Below, piece by piece: positions 14,801-25,600 of a DNA stretch of 64,000 bases (within the stretch, counting starts at the first letter, position 1; each line of letters begins with the position of its first letter). The notes under the pieces are model-generated. The model saw only the letters and a program-made list of their open reading frames with translations. It was not told the DNA's origin and ran no database searches. Source of the stretch: Phallusia mammillata (lineage: Eukaryota); the NCBI GenBank assembly GCA_965637545.1, contig OZ281494.1:32364001-32428000 (forward strand), given 5' to 3'. The position numbers and the translations under genes were made by a program.

Positions 14801-17379
14801 TTTTATCTCTCGCCAACATTTGGCACTCAAAAGTCGTTTCCACATGGTTAGAGCGACTCTGGCTGTGTTTCTGCAAATCCACAATGACGTAACAATGGAA
14901 ACTATTAGCTAACAATACGCGAACAGGAACAAAAACTTCGAAAGAAAACATAGACCTTCTACAAAGAACAGGAAATAAAACCCAGAAACAGATTCGACTG
15001 ACTAAAGATACGGTTTGATTCAAATCAAAACACAAGTAATGTGGGTTATTATGAGACAGGTTGAGGCATGCTAGGCCTGAAAAACAACACTTGGAAATTA
15101 CATAGTGTGAAAAGAGGCCAGGGACCTTGTCAAATCAGGTTGTGTTTGTTGTGATTAAGCGAGAGAGCTGGCCATTGCTAGGAAGTACAAACTAGCACAA
15201 CGGAAGTTACTAATCTCATATTTTTTCTCTCTTTTCGCTTTGCACGCCCCGTTTTGAAGACTGAAATAACACAACGGTTGACTCTGGTCAACACCAATCA
15301 TATAGAATCTAACGCAGTTTTAACAATATATGTCTATTGAAGATTGTACTTAACACTTGTAAATTTTAAGAAATACGTATACTGTTGTTTTTGAGTACTT
15401 AATGTTTATGCACTTTACAATTGGTAACCTTTTGGTCCTTAATGGAACAAAAAGTTTAGGGATTTTTTTTTACAAATTTCATAAAACTTTGCCAAATGTG
15501 ATTCTGGTACTCCTTTTCCTTGTTTGATTGCTCTAATTAAATCACTAGCGTACTTACTTCATGTTTTTGCACAAACAAACATTTCGTTAAAAGAAACATG
15601 ATGCACAACACCTTTTGCAATTTAGACAAATTTAATAATATATTCCAAATCAAAGTAAACAGAGAACATAAGTTCGTCCTAACCTTTCTACCATAAAAAA
15701 TTAATGGCAAAAATAAATCAGAACATAAACTTTCGTTCTTGGGTACACACTAATTTACTATCTTGACTTTAACGTAAAACTTAACTAATTCTACAGACTT
15801 GGCTATTCCAAAACCTTTGTCGCCTAATTTCCACTGACAGTAAGTACTTTGTTATAAATTGCTCATAAATTCTAAGTCACACAACAAGGGAAAAAAACTG
15901 CGACAACATTTTCTCTGAGCTGCAAAGTTGCTTCTGCAAAAGCGGTGTGAAACGTTTAACCAACGTCAGTAATTTTTGAAAGGCGGCCAATACTGAGTGC
16001 GAATTGTGGAAGACTTGTAATCTTTCGCATAAGAAAGCTTTGCGATGGGCGGAAACAATTGCACTTGCCCTGTCTTGTCGAACCCAGGCTTCGCTTTCTC
16101 TCACACATCGACTTGTGAATGGCCCGGCGCCGTTAAAGAACCGAAGGGGGGTCAAGGTAGTCAAATTACCCCAACATATGGTACCCAACCAATTAGTTAA
16201 AAAATTTAATTTAAGAGTAAAATTTAATTAAACACTCAGATTTTGTTTTTTAATAATATACAGTTCAACGACTGCTTACTAAAAATGATATGATTTTAAA
16301 ATAAGTGACGTCTTAAGTTTACAATTGTTTCATAAGGTATGTATTATTCTTTAGCCAACTTTTCATTTTATCCCAACATATAGTGTCCAACCATTAACTT
16401 TGAAGTAAAATTTGAATAAAAACAGCTATATTTTTGAAAACTAAAACGGTTTACAGTCTGATTACTATAATATGCAATAATTTCTAAACAAGTCACATTC
16501 AAAGGTAAAATTGCGTCGGGCATACGTTTCAATATTTTGTCTATATTTTATCTCCATATCCCACTTTGTTTTAAAATTGGAATGTGACCGCTACAGTATA
16601 TATTCAAAGGTTTCACAAACTGTGGTTCTCTTCTGAATATACTTTTCAACACATATGCAACAAACAATAGTGCATTTAAACCTGATCCTCACAACAAAAC
16701 AAATCCTAAAAACCGCAAAGAAGCATCAAACCTACATTCTACACCTCCATCATATAAAATTATTACACCAACCCTTGCAGCCAGCATCGAACATTGCCAG
16801 GTTGTGGAGCAGGCTGCATGGGAAAAGGAATATCACTGTGGTGATTTTGAAGGCAATTAAGTCTCTGTTGAAATTGCGGTCACAAATGTCGGTGGTAGCA
16901 TTCAATGGTGGGAGTAACATTGCATATGCGCAGCTCATTGCAATGTATTGCCGCTGATTGGACAACCAATCGTACAAAATACCGCCGGATTACGCATGGA
17001 CTCTGTTCACATGGTTGAGTCTTTTTTCGAATTAACTTAAACGCAATGTTTACACTAAAAAACTTGAATTTACAAAATATATAGAATTTTTCAGAATCAT
17101 TAAAATTAGCCCATACCAATATAAAGTAGACAACTGCTTTCAAGATCAATCACTAATGGGCGACTTTTGTTTCTACAAGTAACAAGCGAAAAATGTAATC
17201 ATTTATTTTTGAAAACAGTTAGTTTAGACTTTTTTCTACTTCTATCATTGGTTCTCATTCCACACACAACTTTAACGCCCATTTCCAAAACAATCATGCT
17301 GTTAAAACGCCTATCTTAGCACAATACCATGTCTTCTAATTGAGCAAATCCCCTAAAATCGAATTTGCCTGTTCTGTAC

Positions 17380-18577
17380 CTGATCGCCACTCATGGCTAC
17401 ATCCGCTTCCATGACTACCGGAGGTTCGTCAGTGCCAGTGACGTCCTGTTTCGGTGCTTGTATCTTCTCTAGAAAGCAAAGTATGCTTTTTCCTGTCGAG
17501 GATTTCTGGAAGCAAAACTTTAAAATTTAGCAAACGCGGCATTCGATTTCAACAAATACGTTTGTGACATCACATAGAGACGAATTAGTTCAAAGAAATA
17601 TGACACAAAATGGAAATACCTGCAATACGATTCCAGCACCTTTTCCTTCCGATATTAAACGTTCTCGTTCATTCATTGTGACATCATGCTCTGACGTCAC
17701 GTGTTTCTGGAATGACGTCATGCTGTCGAAAGTCAGGCGGCATGGAAAGCACATAAGTATCTGGGATTCACTGAAAAAGACGAAAGGCTATTAGAACCCT
17801 GTTTTTGTTTGCAAATTTTTAGCCGATTTAAATTACCTTCGCTGTTCGGTAGAAGTTGCATCGTTTTCTGCAGCATTTATCTGCATCAGTCGATCGAACT
17901 CGGAATCGCAAGACTTCAGATTTTCATCTCCCTCGCTAAAAGTCAGAACTCGAAAACTTTTCGCGATCTTCTCAAAAGAATTTCCACCTAAAAATGGTGC
18001 AATAAAGTTACAGCACAAAACTTACGGAGTCACTGATTTTAAACTGAAAAAGCAATTTTAGACATTTGACTTTTTTTGATAAAAACCAACCGAGTTAAAC
18101 TACAGTAGAAAATACTTTTAACTAACTGTCTGCTCAAATCAAACGCAAACCCGACTTACTTTCACTTCCGGTCACTGTTTCCGTTTTCCCACGGTCTTTC
18201 TCCCACTGACTCCACCAAGTGGTTGCAGAATTATTAAAAAACGTAAGAAACCTGGGAATTTTCGGTATTGATTCACAACTAATATTGTTGTTGTTTGCAT
18301 TCGCGTTAATAGATGACGTAATTGTGACGTCACAGGCATCGTACGCTGCGTCATGAAGGTCAGAAAGCTTTGAGATAAGGTCAGAATCGGTGACGTTGTT
18401 CGAAATCAACAGCGCGGAACCGTTGGCTCGGTACATGATTTGACCTTGGAATGACCTTGCCCCAGACGGTGGGTCGGGAGAGGATGATTGCGTCACAGTG
18501 CTTGAGTTTGTGACATCAGTAAGCTCTGTCTGATCCACGCATGGAAGTGATCCGTGAGTATGCGTAGGTGACGTCAT
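17380..18577 (-). CDS. ZFHX: ZFHX3/ZFHX4 (ATBF1/zfh2)-like zinc-finger homeobox gene, first four coding exons only (3'-partial)
   Basis: Exons are 18577-18160, 17987-17837, 17770-17620 and 17505-17380, with GT-AG introns and consistent phases 1, 2, 0, 0. The translation has FQGQIMYRANGSALLI (cf. vertebrate GEIVYQPDGSAYIV), then KSFRV, then the C2H2 finger ILMCFPCRLTFDSMTSFQKHVTSEHDVTMNERER...SILCFLEK (cf. ILMCFLCKLSFG...H....H.MTLSEEER...LVSFLEPK). Vertebrate motifs are recalled from memory. No downstream exon was recognised in 1-17379. Confidence 0.88.
18441..18457 (-). promoter_or_regulatory. Perfect DR5 nuclear-receptor element (candidate RARE) inside ZFHX coding exon 1
   Basis: The minus strand reads AGGTCA TTCCA AGGTCA. 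The sequence match is exact; function is untested. Confidence 0.5.
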
Positions 18578-21500
18578 TGTTTATCTTTCACAGACTTGGG
18601 GTGTTTTAAGAAACATCTGAAATTCAAATAAAATGGGTAAAATTTCACATCAGTAAGCGATAAAACGTCTGGGAAAATACATTTGCTGATCAATATCTTA
18701 TTCCACCAGTGCATAGGAAGCGCGGATTATAAGTCAACAACACATTACACGGCGGTTCGCCCCTTTTTAAATCATCCTTGCAGAAGACAAGTCTGGTGTC
18801 AAAAGTTTAACAACCCAAGGTCATATTGTTTACCAAGTTAAGAGAAAGACATTTAGAAAAAGGTTTGTTAAATAAGCTCCTCGTGTCTTCGTTTAACGTA
18901 TGTTCTTTAAATCCACTTGAGATAAGAACATTTGGCAATGTTTACTACACTTTTGTAACCTTCAGTAGAACATAGTTACGCATGTTCTACTGTTTAATCT
19001 GCACTATAAAACTCACTCACGTGCCAAAATTGCAGCTCAGTTATCCTGACTCATTGTTGGCGCATAAACAGTAACTATAGGCACTGAACAGTGAACTCAT
19101 GTTGACAAACAAACTCAGAGCTGCCGCTTTTGATATCTGTTAAAGAAAGCTTTAATACTGATTAATTAATACAACTTTTACAACAATACTTACTAAAAGT
19201 TACTACTGAATACTAACCTAAGCACACAACGCAACATTCAGTACATAAACAAACTACAGCAACGTTTTTTACGCTAAGTTGAAGTCACAGAACAATTGGA
19301 AGAAACCAAACAATACAGTTAAGACATGTATTTGAATTAAACTAATCATGTAACAGTAAATCCCTGAAGCAAGTACATAACACAGCTTTAACAGTTACTA
19401 TATCCGCCTATTCTGTTTCACAACTTAGTTTTTTTTATTAAAAAAGAACTGATTTGGCAGAATAAAACTGCAAATTTTTTATAGGTGCTGTTAGCTTTAA
19501 GTCAAGCCCTACGAGGCCTATACTGTACAGAACAAATGAATGGTCGCACCACGCCTTTGAACAAACGAGGCGCCTATCAGAAAATCACGAAATTAAACAA
19601 TTAATTTGTGTCAAGCTCTGCTAGCGGAGAGCAAGACAAAAAGCGAAATCCCTTTTTACGGCGCGCACAATTCAAACACACACAACCTGTGATTGTTGAT
19701 TGTTACGTCAGAATCAACATTGTTACGTGAATGCTGGCAATCCCAACATATAGTTGAGAATGGGGCTAATGACTGTTAGCCTTTGGTGGTCTTTGCTTGG
19801 AATAATTACTCTGCGCTAGGAGAATAATTAAAGTCGTAAACGTTAAACAAACAAGCCAGGCGCGGGCTTTCAGCCAGTATGAGTCGTTAAAGCCCGTTCG
19901 TAGAAATTTCGGCTACAAATTGGAAATCCTTTGTGGAGTGATTCGCTTGTTTTTTTGACCAACGGAATTGCTTTGTTTGGAATTCAATTGTTACGGCGTA
20001 ATTGGAAAGGGTCTGACAATTTTGCATCGCTATTTTACAAGCATTAGTTCAAAGTCAGACAGTTTGGGAAAAAAACTTCGCACAAAAGGGTTATAGCCTA
20101 ACTGAGAATTGTAACACTAAGCTATTACCGTCTTTAGCAAAATTTAACAATTTTTTAACAACAAAAACACATAAATTACATTGTTTAAAATGGCGGATAT
20201 ACAAATTAAATATACATGTACTACCCAAGCCATGTTCTCTTAAACACCTTTCCATTGATTTTCCATTGAATGTCCGACACAGTTCAGCTAATAATTCATC
20301 AGTACAAGGCAATAAACTCGAAACATCGATCCATTTTGCCGTAAATGATCTGTAAACAACGCATTGCAGATGGAATCCCAATGCGTTGTAACGAGGTTGA
20401 GTTTATCACCAGAAAGGTTAAAGGTATTTTGGATGATTAAAAAATAATTTCACCCCCTCTCCTTTCCGGATGTTCTTTTAAATGCCAATTCCGTTTTTAT
20501 TAATGCCAAAAATGTTGATTGATTTTTATAATGCGGTAGATACTAAATGATGCTGATAGTACAAATTATGTTGCACCTTTTTGTGTTGTTGTTGTTGTTA
20601 TTGTTTGTCGACTGTAAGAGCCTGTTTATTACTTCTGTACATTTTACAAAGTTTAAACCACGTTTTATTGCCCAAAAAACAGAAACTGGCCAGCGTTGGG
20701 CACAAAAAACAAGTGCATAAACAATATTCTACTCCTTTAAGAAAGGGTCCCGTCAGAAAATTAAAAAAAAACGTAAATGTATTTTGTTTTACTACTGTAT
20801 GGTATACGATTTACTTAAATCGTTTAAGGCAACGCAATTTAACATTTTCCGAAGGCAAACAGTTTCAACACCGCCAACTAATCAATCTTTAGGACGACAT
20901 TTGCGATAGAAAACAGACAAAAGCCTTATTGCTTGAAACGTTTAATCACAAAGATCGTAAAAATACGTCCGCACCAACGGTTGTGAAAATAACGCACCCC
21001 ATGGAGGCTTTTAAAATCAGACAAGCGACTGTGGAAAGCAGGGTCATTAAAAAAGCAATTACTCTTGACGAAAGGGATTTGACTTTACGTTGGAGAAGTC
21101 AATTTACTGACACTCAATATTTACCTAATTTAATGCCAGTCCAAAATTAACAGCAAACATAAAAATGGTGAAAAACGAATTTGGAAAGTTCAAACGACTG
21201 TAGAGGGGAGGAGTAATTAAAAGCTGACAGTTAATTGGAAAAGAATGTTAATTAACCAGCTAAAAGTGTGCTGAAATCGAATTACAGAAAGTACTGTAAT
21301 GTAAAAAATCAATCACAATTACAAAGTCCCTGTACGCTGGAAATCAAACTAAATGCCAAGCTGCTGGAATAAAAGAAATAATATAAAATGTTCAAGTCAA
21401 TTTGAGGGCTCTAAACAAACATGTAGATAAAATTTATTTTCAAGTTAAAAAGTGCATTTCCGAAACTAAGTCAATATAGGGGATTTTTTAGATAAGGTCA

Positions 21501-22670
21501 AACCATTTTTTATGTTTAAAATGTGTAATTTGCTGTCAAAAAAATGATCGGTGAAAATTAGGTGGTAACGTAATGCTATTATGACGTCACACACAAATTC
21601 TTGTTACGTGTAAAATTGGCGTCAAAAATATTAAAAGAGTGGGTGGGTATAATGAATGTTACTTTTGAGACTCATTAGGTCTTTAAAGTTTACGAAGCGC
21701 AAAGACATTCGCGATCTTTCAACATCAGCGGAAATTCACGTAACGCATCGCTGCCCCCCGACGCTTAATTGGCGCATCCCGTCACGGTTAGACGACTCCG
21801 TATGACAGAGTTGTCGGCAGAAGGCAAAATAAACCCAATGGGAATTTCAAGCCTTTCAAGTCGAAACACAGCACTAATTTTCTTTCCTGGCTGTTTCTTT
21901 GCCACACAGGCTACTCGCATATGCGACATTTTGGTTTTAAAGGCAACTAATTGGCCGCTTTTAGAACATGCTTTATGTTGCACGTAATTGTGTTTGACGT
22001 CACAATGATAAAAACAGAGTTTATAAATTCGCTGTTTAAACTCTCTACGTCTTTTGACACATTTTCAAATTGCACCTTAGGGTATCCGTATGTACCTTTT
22101 CTTAACTAAACGCCAGCTTTTGCAACACGTTTGTAGTTTCGAAAAAACAAAGGACATTTTGACATGTATTGTAAGCATGCGAATGTTTTCTTCCGTTTTG
22201 CTACACTTACATAATAAATTCTCCAGAAGTACGAATTACCAAATCACACAAATACACAAAACATGCTTATTCAAGTACGAAATTTGATTGTTCGCTTATA
22301 ATAGCATAAATTTTGTTATTTACACTATTATTTTGTACTAGAGCAAAATGACTTTGAATTCAATTTTGAATCGTTTCTTCACATGCTTAATCAGACGAGC
22401 GCTGCTTTTGTCACGCCATAGTTTGTAGACCGTAGAAATTGCAGACTCTTTGTCTGTGCAATTGTGACATCACAATGGCATACTTAAGGTTTATTTTTAA
22501 ATTTGCTGCATTTTTCCGTTCAATATCTTAATACCTTGATAAAATGTGTATTAGAATTGACTTTTATGATAAATAAGCCTAAACTAATTTAACAAACTTT
22601 ATGACGTCACAGTGGCTACACCTGACTTTAAAACGTTTTCTTTTCCGGGTTGAGCTCACGAATTTCGCAG

Positions 22671-22687
22671 TGACCTATGTTTGACCT
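22671..22687 (-). promoter_or_regulatory. Perfect DR5 nuclear-receptor element (candidate RARE) 4.1 kb upstream of the ZFHX ATG
   Basis: The minus strand reads AGGTCA AACAT AGGTCA. The sequence match is exact; function is untested. Confidence 0.55.
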
Positions 22688-25600
22688 CAATTACGCTATT
22701 AGGTGCTTGAAGTAATCGTTACTGCCTTGCTTGCTACAGAATAAAGAGAACCCAAAATTGCCTGCTCCAATTTTGCTAGACCGCTCCTCTAACCCCCAAA
22801 ATTGAAGTAAATAAACAAAAATCATCCCAACTACAGAGAGCACACGTGATGTACATTAATTAGAAATGAATTATTCATCGAAAATGAAACATACGCACTT
22901 AATTATTAATTACACGAGCCTGTATGATGTGCACATTAAAACTGTCTTAAACTATAAATCATAAAACTAAAATATCCACTGTCGCTTAAAACAAACTAAT
23001 TGGAGGCGACTGGACGAAATTCAGCAGCATGATGCTCTAAAACGCCACGCTGAGCTAATTTCAGCAAGACGGGCGAAATATTTCTCTCTAGAACACAGCG
23101 ATCGTCGCACAAGACAGGGAAAAAAGTCTGCTTATTATCGCCAGTCATTAATTTCGCCCAGGCCCAACAATTCGGCAGCCAACCGTAGGGGCATTAAGAC
23201 GCCTAGATCCGGGGCGGCGAGGGAGCTTAAAAGAGAGAGAGCTCTTCTCTAACGAGAGAGACAGGGGAGCTTAAGCGGAGATAGAAATGAATCGGAACGG
23301 TGAAAAAACTGAAGGTTCTGTCGTTAGAGTGAAGTCGTTTAAATCATGTTTTTTGCGTCTTGGGAAATACAATCGAAGTCACGTTGACTTTAAATTGAAC
23401 CAATAAAACATTAGGTTTCCATATACGATACGAATAAAGCGGGTTGCTCAAACAAGCTTTGTGCAGTCAACCATAAAAGTCGCTTGCAAGATATTTTTAT
23501 TTATTTTTAAAGCTTGCAAAAAAAATTAACGGGTGATCGGACGAAGCTCGTTCGCGAACCCAACTCAATCGCGCTGGGAACCAAAGGTGTTTTTGACATC
23601 GGCTCATTGCAATCGCATCAGCATAAAGTCACTTGCCATGAAAATCAATATCACCGGGTCTGTTCGCGCCTTTTGCCCGACTAATGACTGCCAGCAGTCA
23701 GCGGATTTTAATTTTGCCACCGTTGACAGATTTTCAACAAAACACATGAAATTCCTGAATCGTCGAATTTCTACTTTGTTGTTCGCAATATCCAGAAGCT
23801 GTTTTTTTTTCATACTAACGTTTTTTTAAGATTGCCAATGTTTTTGGTATAATCTTCATAATACGGTGTAGCTGCGGGTTTAATTATGATCCACCAATTG
23901 TGCCCTCCACTTTTTGCGCTCAATAACGTCTTAACGTTGCGCAGCTATTTCCGGCTTGGTGATTGTTCAGTGCAATTGTGCCGCTATGTTGTCTTTCACC
24001 ATCCGAAATAAACTCAACTCAATTCAAACTTCCGCCTGACTTCACAATTGCAACTTGTGACTTCATAAAAACCAAAACAATTCTTCCCGTTTTCCAACTA
24101 CTTAGCTTCAATGTGACATCCCAGTTGCTATTTCTTACGTTTTAAAGTACAATGTTTTAATAAACCAACAAACAACAAAATCAACGTTACTATATAGGTG
24201 CTAGTTTTGCGTTACCAAATTTTCTACATTTTGTGATGTGAATTGTTTTGTTACAGAAAGTGAATGAATAACCATGGCAACATCAAACAATCTCCTCGTA
24301 TTTCGAATGATCAAAGCGAAAATTGTAAAAATAAAAAATCGATGAAAAGAAGGTTTCGGGACAAAGGAGGCACATCTGTTAAACTAATGAGCTGGAGTTA
24401 AATTTACGGCAGCCCGCTGTTGACGGAAGGAAACTTTTAATTGTATGATCGATTGTTAATCTTGAAACGTCTGTTTGCCAAGAACCTTGATTATTACGTC
24501 ACAGTGACTTAGCAGGCGAATTTAATTCGTTCTAGAAGCACTTGAAGGAGAAATGGAAGCCATAGCGTGGGAATGGACGTTTTATGGCAAACGAATTAAA
24601 AATTCATTTTTGCAAAATTTTGTAGGTGTTGCTACAAAATAAACTATTCGTATGAAAACTGTTCAAAACAATTGGATTTCCAGAAGAATATATTTCACAA
24701 TTTTCTTGTGACGAGTTTGAAACCTTTCTGATATTATGTAACTACGTCAAACAAACAGTTATGACCATTACGACATTATTGCACAACTGCTTTGTAATAA
24801 TAAGCTAACATTTTGACCTTTTTAACCCCTTGATAGATTATGAAGAAAAAGTTGGGGTTTAAGACTCTTGAACACGCATGCTCAAAAAAGGTTTGCTTAC
24901 TAACATTTACCTAACTATGTTAAATTAACCCCTTGGGGATGATTTAGCCCAAGTTGAAAACCTTTGCAATAAACAGAAAACCATTTATTCATTAAACATT
25001 ATTATGAAGACCACCCGGTAAGCAATAAGCACCGACATATGCCCTCGAATTACGTTAAAGCTAAATAATTCCACATAGGGTAGCCCAAAGTTTACGGATG
25101 CAGATTTACTGCTTAAATTTACGGATCGGCTCATCCGAAATAACTAAACAACACAAACCCACGCGTTTCAAATAAATATTGATGAAAAAATAATCCACAC
25201 TAAATTACTTTCGGGGATAGGTTATTGGGAAGGGCAACTAAGAATATTACACATAAAGGCGTAGGAAGAAATGGCATTATTAGGTCACAATTGAATTCGC
25301 GATTCAGGTGAGGTTTTTTAATAAACACATTAAATCTCTAGAATGATCAAAGAGATTTCCGTCGCAAAGTCGCGGCATTTCAATTCAAAAACGTGTCGCT
25401 TGTATTGTCGCCTCCCTAATCCCGCCTCAGCATCTAAATGGAACGGCTCGAATTGTTTCGTTCCATTTAGTTTGTTTGCACAATTCGCAAAATGCCCAGT
25501 GACCGCGTTAATATTCGAAAATAAGTGTATCGCACGGGTCGACAGAACTATTGTCTGGCATTTTTAATCGAGCGACCCCCCCCCCCCCTCTCTTTTCCCC

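Noticed and set aside
15877-17149. Several 75-103 aa ORFs as the next ZFHX exon or a nested gene
   Set aside because: No ZFHX-like motifs and no convincing phase-0 acceptor/donor pair.
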